A stretch of DNA of 60,359 nucleotides, the filler included, from Hausera hauseri (lineage: Eukaryota): NCBI GenBank assembly GCA_046269625.1. It is 11 parts of 11 records of this genome, joined end to end, with 100 filler letters (N's around TTAATTAATTAA, not from the genome) between each part and the next. Parts side by side here need not be neighbours in the genome. Positions count along the whole stretch, not along the records: positions 35,154 to 40,946 come from JBJURY010188637.1; positions 41,047 to 45,493 come from JBJURY010576449.1; positions 45,594 to 49,884 come from JBJURY010653774.1; 8 more parts are not named here. One strand, written 5' to 3'. This document shows positions 35,154 to 48,600 of the stretch, piece after piece (the first letter of the stretch is position 1; the number at the start of each line of letters is the position of its first letter). The translations under genes and the position numbers were made by a program. The notes beneath the pieces are model-generated. The model worked only from the letters and a program-made list of their open reading frames with translations, did no database searches and was not told where the DNA came from.

Positions 35154-38100
35154 AGCTGACGGATCGGGACAAAAAGTTAGCTACTAAATTGTCGACTCCG
35201 TTTATATGCTTAATTACAAAATTAAATGCGGAAAAATACGATATTTGCCTCTCCTGACGTGGAGAAGGCGATTTCATGGTGAGAGATTGAAGCAAGGGCT
35301 TGTAGTCCGTTTGTATTGTAAAATTTCGTGCAGTCAGTAAATGTTTAAAGTGTTTTACGGCAAAGACCATTGCAAGCAACTCTCGGTCAAAGGTGGAATA
35401 TCTTTGCTGTTGTGCTGTGAACTTTCGAGAAAAGATTTCTAATGGCTCATGGGATCCATTTTTAACTTGATGGAGGACAGCACCTGCAGCTGTTATGAAT
35501 GCATCCGTGGTTAAGAAGAGTTCTGCATGAGAGTCGGGATAGGCCAGGATTTCTACGGTTTTTAAATTGTATTTGAGGTAATCGAAAGCGTTGACTAGCT
35601 TAGCAGTCCATTGAATAGGCTGTTTCTTCTTGCCAGAGCTTAGTGATGCAAATGGAGCGGTTAGAGTGGAGCAGTGTGAAACATACTGATGAATAAAGTG
35701 TAAGGTTCCGAGGAAAGAACGCATCTCTGTTGACGTACGTGGTAGCTGTATGTTTTTGAGCTGTGTGATGCGGTTTTGTTGAGGTTAATGTCCGGAGGAG
35801 CAAATAACATGTTCTAGAAAGTTGACCTTATGTTGAAAAAAAGAGCATTTGGCGAAATTAATTTGCAAATTGTTTTGGTGGAAGCGCTGGGAGATTAGAC
35901 GTAAGTGTTCAGAGTATTGTTTCGAGGAGGATGACGCAATTAAAATATCATCAATATAGGGATAGGCGAAGTCTAAACCTGAGAGAACTGTATCCATATG
36001 CCTTTGGAAGGTCTGGGAAGCGCTACGGAATCCAAAAGGCATAAAAAGGTATTCGAAAAGGCCGAAAGGTGTAATGACAGCCGTTTTTGGAATGTCTACT
36101 GGGTTCACCGGGATTTGGTGGTATGCTTTGTGTAAGTCAATGCAGGAAAAGGTGGTCGCACCATGGAGCCTGTGAAGGATATCGTTGATTAATGGTAGAG
36201 GGTAGGCATCCATTGCTGTTATGGTGTTGAGTTGGCGGTAATCACCGCATGGGCGAAAGGTACCATCTTTTTTTGGAACCACATGCAGTGGTGAAGACCA
36301 CGGGGATTTGAATCTTCTGATTATGCCTGATCTTTCCAGTTCGAGATATTCAGCCTCCACTGCCTGTCTGCGTCGAGGCTATAGCGGACGGACCTTTTGA
36401 AATATTGGTCTTTGATGTGCTGTTACTATGTGATGGAAGGTGGATTGAGGTGGTACGAATGATTTGTCCTTCTGCAACAGACTCGTGCAGGAAGACGAAA
36501 TGTATTGCTGTAGATAAGAAAGCAACGATGAAAAGTTACCAGATGGTGTCAATGCATCGTGACTAGATGCAGTTGAGGTATGAGTTATAGACGAGGTGTT
36601 GTGATTGGGTGGTATTTGGTGCAGGATGTTCGTGTTGAAGATGGTGTTGGCAGCTATGCTATCAGTAATTGGTGCCACACAGTTGGCAATATCGTATTTG
36701 TCAGCGTGGTAAAAATTTCTGTATAATGTATGATTATAAAAATAATTCAAATCGGAAGTCGTATTTTCAGAATTGACTTGTTGGAAGCGATCGCTGGGGT
36801 GGTCACCGAAATGCTGCTAATTTGATTAAGATTATTTCCGCACTTTAAGGAACATTGTTTGCAATCTACAAGTAAATTATAGTGGGACAGAAAGTCTGAA
36901 CCCAATGTACGTGTGCGTACGTGGGCTATTGTAAATTTCCATGTGAATGTGTTTGGGAAGTGTGGAAGAGTGAATGTTAATTTGGTAACTCCAAAAATTT
37001 GTAAGGATTCACCGGACACAGTAAACAGTTGCTTTTTTGAGGTGAAATTGTTTTGGATGTGTTGTGTTAGTGGCAGTAGAGAGATTGCTGCGCCGGTGTC
37101 TATAAGAAAGTTAATGTTTTGCTTTGTTGGAGTGATGACTGCTGCTTTCAACGTGAATACAGCAAAGGAAATGTGTCGGCTATTTTTTTGAAGGTTGGTG
37201 CCTTTGCTAGGACTTGCCATGTGTCCTAGAGGCGAAATCAGTTCTTTGTAGTTAGTGAGTTTGGCCTACTGTCTTGTGTAAACTTAGTAGTGCTGGTTGT
37301 ATTGTGTGTTGTAGGTACAGCAAGATAGGCATTTTTGTGCTTTTGTGCCAAATTTTGAGTGATAGATGCAAACAATGTTGCTTGTATTAAAATCAGAGGA
37401 ATAAAATTTGCAACAGATGCAGTACTTCGGAGCATTGTTACCAAATTTGCTATGATAATAGAAAATAGATGACCGCGCGGGCGAAGGCGACCGTCTTTGA
37501 CGTTGATTAAATACATTAGGGGAAGAAGGCCTAGAAAAACCCCGTCGATGCAGCGTTAATTCGTTTAATTATTCGTTTATGTTGTTGACTGTCTTCTGTT
37601 CCATTTCATTTTCCGTGCATACTTGCGCAATTTGTTACTACAGCATTACATTTTGTTGTTGTTGGTCTGTTGTTAATGCTGCAGAGACAGTTGGTGTTGT
37701 GTGTGAGTGCAGTACTTCATATGCTTTGTCTGCCAGTTCAGCTAGCTTGTCAAAAGCCGTGGAGTCCTCAACTACTGTAATAAAAGCTCTTATTTCAAGG
37801 GGTAATGCATTTAAGAAATAGCGACGAATAAGTTCTGGACTATGCTCAAATGATACGCCAAGGGTGTTGACGTGAGACAAGGATGTGCGTAAGAATTCAG
37901 AAGACTTCTCAAGGCCCATGGCGTTATTGTTGAAGAACCTTTGAATGAGGGAGTCGATTAACGGCTCAGTAAGCTTGAAAACAGCATTGTAAAATTGAGC
38001 ATATAAATCGATGTGCTAAAGGTTATCGATGATATTGGTAATTTTAGTTTTGATGGAAGCTGGTAAGTGGAAAAGAGGCTGTTGGCTTTGGATAAGGAGT

Positions 38101-38650
38101 CGACGACGTTTTGTGATTTAAGCCAGAATTGATGCAGTTTTAGCCAAGTTTGAGTAGAGTTTCAGCTGTCGAGAAAGTATTCGGTACAGGGTGAATAAGT
38201 GAGGAGTGTGTGTTTGTGTTTGAAGCACTTTGTTTGGGTAAGTAAATGATAAGGATCTGTGGTTTGGTGAGTTTGTCCGTGGTATCAAGTGTGGGTGACG
38301 AATCCATGTCACCACGGATACAGAAGTGAATGTGAAGGCAGATATAAGTCGTAGAAGGTTGGAGGGGTCCAGCGAAATGCCCTACAGATCCACTGTATGT
38401 GAGGTAGAAATCAGAGGAGTGAAGTAAGGTAGAGATAAAATTGTGAATGGCTGCAGTGTGAGTGTAATGCTGTGTATATGTATATGTTATTTAGAAAAAG
38501 AAAGAGGGAGTAGGGAGAGGTTATATGCCCGGGAGCGTGTTGTGGGGCGGAAGCGAATGGCGCCGTCTGACCCAACGGCACAGGGTGGGCGGCCGGGACC
38601 TCAGCCTCGCCGCAGCAGGTCCCAAATTTCGGGGTAACCGATGACCCTCT
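35154..38650 (-). mobile_element. Ty3/Gypsy retrotransposon copy 4 (same family), cut by the contig end after RNase H
   Basis: Leader, Ubl-like segment (SDFYLTYSGS...CLHIHFCIRGD|M, ~38308-38510), gag, double CHCC (~37310-37468), PR FLIDTGA (36747-37220), RT 35785-36360 (YIDDIL) and RH 35098-35724. Confidence 0.95.
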
Positions 38651-38718
38651 TGCAATTCAGTGTGGTCTTCAGCTCAAGACAGGTTTCTGGGCTTCACCGG
38701 GCATGGTTACAAATGACC

Positions 38719-40067
38719 TCAACAGCGGAGAATAAACAAAATAATCTTTATAGGCAAATTGCATAAAATATCCATATACCACTTAATATATATTGCAACA
38801 ATTGTTGGATTACCTTTATATGAATCTGTCAGTTCCGATGCAACAACGGAAATGATGACCACACCGGTCTGATTCATTTTGTCGACGACGTCATACAGTT
38901 GCATACCGCGGAATACTAATTTAAACAATTTCAATTTGTCGTACGTGGCATTCTGGATTGTATAACCACCGCATATAACGAGGAAATTGTTTATAAAAAA
39001 TTAGACTTTGGTCAAGTTATGAACTACAGCCGTTATGGCAATCATTCGATCTTGACTGGTCAGTTTCATTTGGCGCAAATGAGAAATAATTGCCAAGAAC
39101 AACTGTTTATTGTCGAACACGATATTACTCATTTTCTCGAATAGCAAATGCACTGAAATAGTAATATATCGTCGATGTTTCAGTGAATATTGAATGCTAT
39201 TCAAGATGGTTTCCTTTGAACAAGTCCCGACAAGAACTTTGGAGTTGGATTTAAGAAATCGTTTCCATTCAATATTTGCAATCGCCGAATAGGAATTCTG
39301 ATGGGGGTTGAAAATGAGGTATTGCACTGTCATTTTCGATAGCATAATAAAAATTGATAGCAATTTACTGTTGTCCTGATGACCGGACAAGTCCAAGAAA
39401 CGAATCGTTCGAAGGAACTTACACGATAGAATAATATCAGTATCAAAGTCCACACAAGCCACGCCAACAAGGAACTGTTGAAAACTAATGAATCCTTCAT
39501 TAGCAATATCAAAAGCTTACAAATAATGCGATACATCATCCCGTGAAATTTTACGATCTTCCTGAATTCAATGGTACTCCTCGAGAAAAGATTCGACAGC
39601 CAATTTGATTTGTTAATTTTATCCAACAACGTATGAAACGAAACCATATGCAAATTTTGAGCTGACAGAAACTAGCCTGTAGTTAATTTACAATTTGAAT
39701 AATTCATGGAAATTAACACTTCCGGTCCCAACAACAATATCTTTTTTCGGCAAGAAACAAATCATAATCGATACCATCTAATTTTAATTTGGAAAGTTTC
39801 ACCGGCCAAAACAACAACGTGTAGAATTTGTAATTCAATTTTGAATTAATCATCCGATTGGAAATGTAGGTAAAACCGATAAATTTTTGCTATGAGTTTT
39901 AATTGTGAAATGTTCATCCAACATTTGAAACAATAATTTTGACTCTGATACCAATTGTCGTTATTGTAAATAACATCCACTAAATTAATTACAAATTTCT
40001 CATTAGAATAAGTGTTGGAATACATAATCCGTATTGCTGTAAGAAATGGATACTCGAAATTAGGCAT
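38719..40067 (-). pseudogene. Fragments of an unidentified (possibly LRR-type) host gene
   Basis: Several co-oriented ORF pieces, e.g. LRTIRFLDLSG. No firm family motif. Confidence 0.2.
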
Positions 40068-40794
40068 CAGACTGTAGACTTTCCAAATAAAAAACGAAAT
40101 ACACTTCGTGTCGAAAAATCTTTTGGAATTTTAATTAAAAATTTCGTCAAACTTCTGCGCTAAAATTGTATTCAATGAAAAGAGACCAAAAAATTCGTAA
40201 ATTTTATATTCAAGTTGCGAAATAGTTATTTTTTTTTAAATTTCAACAAAACTTTTTTTGAAATTATGCATTGTACAAACGTGACAGATTGACAGCGGAT
40301 TGGATCATTACCTGTACTGAAAAGATTCTTAGAGGAAAAGGACTGTATTACGGAAATGAGTGTTATATTGGAGTTCTCAACGACAACCGGACTGTTGTAA
40401 TACCAAAGTATTTGATACCATTAATAAATTCGTTACTGGCAAATCTCGAGCTCATTTCGTATCAAAAGTTGATGTCAGAAACTTAAATTGGCCGGTTATT
40501 GATACGTCCGTATGCAACGTGGTACAGTATAATGAAATGACTCAGCTTGTTTGCGAAAATGAATTGATCTTCATTGAATTTACAGTATATGATATAATAC
40601 GATTCATTGCCACAATACCATGAGGATCTATTATGGTCACAAATTCAATCGAATCCTTTATAATATTTGTCCCGGATGTAAGACTGTATGTGATGGTGAA
40701 TACATGTAGTTCTATTAGAATCATAAGGATCATCTGACGGACTTTGCATCAAAATCCAAGAAGATTATATTTAATGAGCATAGCCCAGTTGCCC

Positions 40795-40858
40795 AGTCCG
40801 CAGTAAAGTCCACAGTACACTCCGCAGTACAGTCCACAGTACAATCCACAGTACAGTT
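40795..40858. repeat. Short ~11-bp tandem repeat (CAGTCCACAGTA-like)
   Basis: cagtccgcagtaaagtccacagtacactccgcagtacagtccacagtacaatccacagtacag. Confidence 0.7.
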
Positions 40859-41979
40859 CTCAAGTGTAAAACGCCCATAAGGTCCATCAGATGCCTCAAG
40901 CTCAACAGTTGTAGCGGCTCAACCACCAAAAAGCCAAAGACAGCGGNNNNNNNNNNNNNNNNNNNNNNNNNNNNNNNNNNNNNNNNNNNNTTAATTAATT
41001 AANNNNNNNNNNNNNNNNNNNNNNNNNNNNNNNNNNNNNNNNNNNNGGACATTTGTACTCATTGTGCACGTAGACGCTAGATACCGCATTGAGAGCTGCG
41101 GCGCAGGAATTACGGCCGCCATCTTGGAGAGGTCGTCCTTCTTGTTTGGTTAAAGGATTGTGCAGCTTACTTCTGTTCAATTCGACGGACTGTTGACGTC
41201 AGGTCTCGGGGGATAACTTTTCACAAGTAAGATGAGCATATTATAGTTTGTATTTTGTGAATAAAATGTTACTGTAGTGTATTTATGTCCAGCAGCTGAC
41301 GTTCTGTTCAGTGTAACACCGGTGTTCAGCAGCAACGATGCTCACTGAGATTTGATGACAGGAATATTTTTCAAACAAGCATACTGACAATTTCAGTAGC
41401 TTTGGTTCATTATCATTATCAACAGATATGCATCAAAACTGGGGGTTTGTTTAAGTTCTAAGAAATAAAAAAATAGGGAGAATATAGGAAGAAAATAAGA
41501 TTGACCACGTAATGTTTTTGTGTAGACACTCCCAAATGTCCCGTTTTCATTTTGAAGGTTTTCCAAAGCAAAAGATGTGAAGAAGAGGTGGAAGTATCTG
41601 AGGAGGATTCATCTGTGCAGTGAGGATTGTAAAGTGGAGGATTTTGATCAAACTGATCAGATTGTCTGACTGAGCGATGGTGTGGTAGCATCAGTTCACC
41701 TTCAAAGAGTAGGTGCATCATTCTATGTCCATCAGTGTTCATAAATGTACATATTTTATTGTCAGTCACAAGGTGAGATACCTCCATGTGTTTATATGTA
41801 CATGTTATAAACTGTAAAGTTCATATTCATGATGCTTTTTCATTTCAGCTTGAAAAGTGCAGGACTACAGGAATGGGAACAAAAGCTGGAGCTGGTCTGT
41901 CTCTCAGGAACGTGCAGGTCACACCCACAACCACGGCCTAATGATGTGAGTGTTTCTATTTTAAACGTTGTTTTCATTG

Positions 41980-42185
41980 ACCCTTTATTTACACAGGTAG
42001 TGTCATTGAGTCACGAGGACTCATTTTCAACAGAGACCTGTTTAGGGAGCAGATGGTGGGGGGTTAAGGGCCTTGCTCAGGGGCCCAGAGTGGGACGAAT
42101 GAGGGTGGAGGCAGGTTTCACCTTTTCCACCCACATTTTGATGTTGTCGGCACCAGGAGTTGAACCGGCGATCTCCTCATAACGG
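41980..42185 (-). mobile_element. Teleost-type SINE/LINE-tail fragments
   Basis: GGTTAAGGGCCTTGCTCAGGGG and TTATTTACACAGGTAG...CATTGAG...CATTTTCAA.AGAGACCTG resemble common fish SINE and LINE 3'-tail motifs. A similar tail lies at ~42700-42760. Confidence 0.5.
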
Positions 42186-42895
42186 TCATGGCCATATTAA
42201 AATCTCACTTGATTCCTTCCAGATGTGTTCACCAGCTACTTGTCCCCCTGATTTTTACAGGTGTCTGTGTTCAGTGGGTGAAAAGCCTGGCATGAACAAG
42301 ATGATGCTGGAGTTGCTCTTTTGACGAGAGCTACCACCTTCTAACTGTGAAGAACAACGGCAGCTTAGTGATTCCCTCAAGACACAGTGAAGGTGCTGAG
42401 AGCTGCAGAGAGGCTGATTCATGGAGCTTCAACCTCCAAAGATGTCGACCGTCACACACATCGTCCGTGAAGAGCTTGGAACAGAGCAGGCAGCACAAGG
42501 TAATAAGACAGTGATAACAAAGACGACAATAGACATTTACAAATGATTCATACACATTTAAGTTTGTTGTTTGTTTGTGTTACAATTGAAAAACAGTATG
42601 TTTACAGTGTTGTCATCACTGTTTGTTAAAATCCAGTGATCTCTCTTGTAAATGAGTCCTCGTGGCTCAATGGGACAAACCTGTATTATTATTATTAAAC
42701 CTTTACTTAACCAGATAAAAACCCACTGAGATCAAGACTTCTTTCACAAGGGGGACCTAGAACAGGCGGCAGCACGCGTCATAAAAAACAAGTAACAAGA
42801 TTAGAATAATCTAAAAAAGTTAAGTCTGGTCCTCTGGACATTCAAAAACGGACGAAAGACGAAACATTTCTACCTTTTTTTTTATACACATTTTT

Positions 42896-43362
42896 TAATA
42901 CACAGTTAGACACAGTAATACACAGTTAGACACAGTAATACACAGTTAGACACAGTAATAAATATTTACACACGGTAATACACAGTTAGACACAGTAATA
43001 CACAGTTTGACACAGTAATACACAGTTAGACACAGTAATACACAGTTTGACACAGTAATACCCAGTTAGACACAGTAATACACAGTAATACACAGTAGAC
43101 ACAGTAATACACAGTTAGACACAGTAGACACAGTAATACACAGTTAGATACAGTAATACCCAGTTAGACACAGTAATACACAGTTAGACACAGTAGACAC
43201 AGTAATACACAGTTAGACACAGTAGACACAGTAATACACAGTTAGATACAGTAATACACAGTAGACACAGTAATACACAGTTAGACACAGTAGACACAGT
43301 AATACACAGTTAGACACAGTAATACCCAGTTAGACACAGTAGACACAGTAATACACAGTTAG
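42896..43362. repeat. Minisatellite of ACACAGTAAT / ACACAGTTAG / ACACAGTAG units
   Basis: About 45 directly visible 9-10-bp units. Confidence 0.95.
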
Positions 43363-44118
43363 TTTTAGTTTAGTTTATTTGTTCATTTTCTTAAAAAAAT
43401 ACAATACAAAACAATCCCATGTGATAACATACAAAATATATATAAAAAAATGAAAGGTAGCAGAAAGAAGAAAAAATCTTATTATATCTGCCCCTTTTTT
43501 CAAGACAATCAGTTCAAACAATAATAATCTTCCAGTAACAGTACAAAATGAATAACTCTTTCTAATTTTCTAACTAATACATACACATTATGCTACTTTA
43601 CATATATTTTTTTAACAATTGAGTTTTGATCATTTTCTTAAATGTAAACATTGACTTGGCATATTTGACTTCCTTCTCCAAACTATTCCATAATCTAATT
43701 CCCTGGATTGAGGTAGACCGTCCCTTCAAACTAGTTCTGAATATTGGTTTTATAAATATCTCTGTCCCCTTAAGAGTATAACAACTTTTTCTTTTAACAA
43801 AATGCTTTTGGATATTTAAAGTTAGTGCATTATTATGAGCCCTATACGTAACTGATAAAATATTATAATCTATCAAATCATAGAACTTCAATAAGTTCAG
43901 TTGATAAAACGATGTGCTTGATGGGTGACAGTAATGTTTTCTGGTGATTATTCTAACAGCTCTTTTCTGTCAAACAAAAATAGGCTTTGTAATAGTTTTA
44001 CACGCTTTTCCCCAAACATCAATACAGTAAATTAAGTGTGGAACAATGATTGTGTTATACAACAAATACAGAGCTTTATCATTTAATAAGTCTCTGACTT
44101 TGTACAATACTGCAATGG
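43360..44118 (-). mobile_element. 5'-truncated LINE (CR1/L2 group, Crack/Daphne-like) 3' end
   Basis: RT C-terminus LYNTIIVPHLIYCIDVWG, QKRAVRII, GIRLWNSL...FKKMIK. 3'UTR with a GGGGCAGA...TCTGCTACC stem, AATAAA and a (CTAAA)n tail. Confidence 0.85.
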
Positions 44119-45665
44119 TTAGACAGCAAAGTTACTTTCAACTTGGCATCAACACTACATGTTCAGTGAAAATACAATTTCTCTCATTCCTCACTTCTCT
44201 TTGTTCCCTGTTCATGTTTGTTTCATGTTTGCTGAGTCACATGTCCGAGGTCATAAAACAGCTTTCTATTGTTGTGTATCACAGAAATCCAGATGAGTGC
44301 TCAGCATCCCTCGAGTTCTTCAGAGCTCAGAAGATCTGCCTCCAACATGGAGATCAGCGAGGACACAAAAAACTTTCTGAAATCAAGAGCGTGAAGACGT
44401 CAGCGTATTTCCAGAGCAGTTTCTAGAAGAGCCTTTGGAGGACATGTCCAACCCTCCATTCTCATCTGTCTCCTCTGCAAGAGACACTTAGATGGAACAA
44501 GGAACTCGTGAACCCTTGTCTCCAACTCCCCTCCCCGTGGAGGATTCTTGGACAGAGTTGGACCTGTTTGAACTTCTGTCCTCGCCCTTCTTCCCGATGA
44601 GAGATGCTTCGATGGAGCAAAGCACACCTGAAGCTTTGTCTCCCAACTGTCTCCTCTGTGAGGAACCCGCTGATGAAGAATGGCACCTCTGAACCTCAGC
44701 ATCGTTGTGTGGACCTGACTGAGCCACACATGGACAGTTTGCTGGACTTTAAGAAGAGTCAGCGTAGAGGACATGATGGGTGTCCACTCGTGGGAGGAGC
44801 TCCTCCAACTCCTCTCAACATCCGTCCGACCTGCAGCACAGCAGTCTGGTGGACAAGTCCAGGAACAGGTGAGACAGGACACGGATGTCTTTCATTGTTT
44901 CTCTGTAGATACAGTAAATATTGGTGCATATTACAGAATAATATCAGCTAAAGTGATCCAACAATTAAAAAGTGACATTTACAAAGCCTCTGCATCTAGA
45001 CTTATCTGCAGGGGCACAGATAATTTGTTAAAAACATTTTTATATGTAGATTTATTTTTCTTCCTGTTCTTTATGTTTTTGTCTATTATTTTATACTTTT
45101 ATTTTGGATGATTGTTTCAACAATTGAAGACACTTGAGCTCAGCACAGGCCGCCCACATGATAACAGCATCACTTCTGTTCAATCACATTCTCTATTAGA
45201 AACAGCTCGTTCTGTTGAACACACATGTTATTTAGCTGGTGAACTTTATTTACAGTCAAACTGGGACTTATTTAATGCAGCCTGAACTCGTGTGGCCGTT
45301 GTTGGTCTGTTCAGACCTGACGAGTCAGATTTCAGGGGCTTTGATGACAGCAGCTCTTTCAGTCTTTGTTTATTAGAACTCTCAATCGACAACTTGAGTC
45401 CTCAGTTTGAATCTTTTTTTTTTTTTTGGCTCTTCTGTGTGACTGTAAATTGTTCTTAGCTGTGACTGGGAGTGTGGATGGTTGTTAGTCTCTNNNNNNN
45501 NNNNNNNNNNNNNNNNNNNNNNNNNNNNNNNNNNNNNTTAATTAATTAANNNNNNNNNNNNNNNNNNNNNNNNNNNNNNNNNNNNNNNNNNNNGAGTCGT
45601 AAGGTTGCAGAATTAGACCGTTGTGCATAAGGTAAAAATCAGAAAAACCCAAATAAGAGGACAAT

Positions 45666-48600
45666 TCAGTATAAAGGATGAGATGTTCGTTTATGTATAA
45701 CCATTAATGTGTGGACATGTTTAGTATTAGTAAAGATGAGGAAAGAAAGGGGACATAACGCAACGGGGGCGGGCACGCTCGGTCCCTCAACCAAAGAATT
45801 CCTTGTATGAGTGATCATCGTCGTAGGAAGACCAGTATTTGGATACACTGTAAGCGGTAAAAAATTTAAACATTCACTGATTGTGAATTGTGATTTTGGT
45901 TTTAGAATGGTGGGTCGCAAATTGAGTTCACCATTTGATACAGTTGTCATATTTTTGTTTAAATTTGAACGGTGGATTACCAGGCAGCTATCTTTGATGT
46001 GACAAACATTGATCCAACCGTTGCTGCAGCCACTGGCTATGAAACATGCTTTTTGAGAGATGGACAGTTGACAAACCGATGCAATGTGACCGTTTAGATT
46101 AAGATGGCAGTCGGTTTCACCAGTTCGAAAGTCAATTTCGCGAAATTCAGTATGACCAGATAATAATTTAATAAGTAAAACTAGTTTACCAAAATCTGAA
46201 GCATAAATGTCGGGCAACCAGTATTTTAATGATTGATAGTACGAAAAACTGTCACAATTACCTTTTGTTATTTCGTCGGAACTGGTCGAGCAATAAGATG
46301 TCGGAGTTGAGTGCCCCGAACACTGCGTAGTGGTAGGATGATTGTTACAAGATTTAGGTGACGTAGGATTTGACTTTGGTCGCAATTGTTTTGAAGGAGT
46401 CGGAAGTGACGGTGATCCAAAAAGTAAACGGTTAAGCCTTCGCAAGTTTTTTATCAAACACCAAATGCAAAAATGTGGAACACATAAATCACAACGCTTG
46501 AAAATTCTACAATTTAAAGGATTTTTTCCAAAACGACCAACAACTACATAAGGTTTTCTAATTTGATTAGAGAAACAAAGATAAGTGTCATCAAAAGAAA
46601 TACTTTTAATCAGTTTCCTAGCAAATGGTGTTTTTTCACCAATCAATAAAAACGAAGAGTTTGTATTCATTACATGGAATCCAATTCCATAAGTTTTATT
46701 AGATATCGCTTTAAAAATTTGTTCACTCGAGGAAACAGTTTGGAGTATTTCAAAAGAGTATTTCAATTTTCTTTTGTCTAAGTCAGCTTTTGCATTGAGT
46801 TGTTTAAGAATGTTTATCAATTGTATGGAATACTTTTTTATCCAATTGAGTTGTTTATCAATCCACACACCAATGTCGTCTAAATAATTTATCATCTCTT
46901 GTCGCGAAATTGTTTTGTTTAAATTTTCTTTTTCCGAATAGATAATGTTTCGAATTTCAATTAGTTTCCGTCGAACATCACTGAACAGTGTTTCATTTTC
47001 TTTTGACATGTGATCTTCAATCACATTGAGTAATTGTTCGACTTTTCGATAGTTATCTTCTAAATCATCATTTCCAATACATTTTTTCCGATCAACTTTT
47101 ACGCGATTCACAATTTTGTTAGCCTCATTCATGAACAATGTTACTTTGGCTTTTTTGTCGCTTTTATCGAATTCTTTTACCGCTTTACTCACGTCAACCG
47201 AATCATTCAATGTTCCCGATGATAATTTCAACAGATCGACGTAAGCGATTTTCAATTTCTCATCGCTAACAGAAGTGGTACTTTTTATTCGACTGTGTAG
47301 ATTATCAATAATTTGACATTTGAGACCAATGACTTCTTCCGTAATAGCATCGGGATCGACAACTAAATGAGCTGTCTCGAGAAGTTTCAGAACAGACCAT
47401 GCGTCATATTCCGGTTTGGACGATGACAAATCTCGGCCGAATTTAAACGGTTCGGAAAAACAGAATCCGGCTATGATGAGCCGCAGAATGATTATTTCGT
47501 TATCTTTCTCGGATTCGGTTAATAATGAAAATTCTTTAGCTTCAATTTCCGAGTCTTCGCCAGAAAATATTTGACAGTCGATATCGTAGAGTCGTTTAAT
47601 GAGTTGTTCAATTTCCGCGTTGTTAATATTTACAGCCGAATGGGCGAAATATTTCTTTAAAAATGTCTCGTTCTTCGGAGATTTCAATTCCGAAACCCGG
47701 TTAGGATTTGTCATTTCTTCGACACTTTCTGTGAGAAATAATTTAATTTTTTTGGCGAAGAGTTTTTCATTAACTAACATCGTCAAAATCTGTCGGTATT
47801 TAACAATGTTTCGAATCTCCCAAAGTCGATCTTTGTCTTTGGTTGATGGAATTTGAAAAGTTGGACGAACAATTCGGATGGCATCAAAAAGACGATGTAA
47901 ACACGTTGTAAGTTCTTCATCAGAAAATATTTTCATTTCTTTGAGAAGTTCTTGTCGATATCGTTCGAGAACAATTTTTACCCAAATGTCGATTGGAATC
48001 ATTTTTTCCGATAAACTAGTCAGAAACGTTGAATTTCTCGGCATTGTTAACGACTCTAATTTGGGACTAAATGAATCTTTGAAGAGTTTTTTCAAAAGCA
48101 TTTCTTTCTGTTTGATGAGTATTTTCATCAATTCGGTATCGGATTTTTGTTTATAGGATTCGAACGTTTGAGTTTTGTCCAAAAGATTCGACAAAAATTG
48201 AAATTCGGTGATTTTTTCCAAGATTTGATCTTTACAGTTTCGTATGAGCACAAGTTTTGTTGTGAATTTTTCCGGTTTCGTCGAACGATTCTTATTGGTG
48301 ATCGACGTTATGGCCATTTCTCTCGTTGCCACTTTGACGGTATTGGTGAAAAAGTCATTTTCGAAATCCAGTTTTTCAAAAATCTGTAAAATATACCAGG
48401 CAAAGACCGACGGGAATTTTCTAGTTTGAGATGAATATTTGAGATCAATTACGTCGGACACTGTGTCGAGGAAATTGACTGTTAGATTTTCATAGAATTT
48501 ATAGACGTTCGCGATTGATTCTTCGGTTGTGTCGTCCAGTAATTTGTAGCGAATTTCTCGCGGATATTTCGGTAGAATGTGACTAATTAAATCGTACGTA

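Noticed and set aside
38560-38630. HDV-like ribozyme in the Gypsy leader
   Set aside because: A P1-like 7-bp stem exists, but I could not build P3/L3, P1.1 or the J4/2 catalytic C on either strand.
40271-40740. Possible second env-like fragment
   Set aside because: Short, broken frames with a few Cys and no diagnostic motif.
44400-45111. Overlapping ORFs in the fish-like contig as genes
   Set aside because: Possibly exons of a decayed DNA-transposon gene, but there is no motif I can name, so no call is made.
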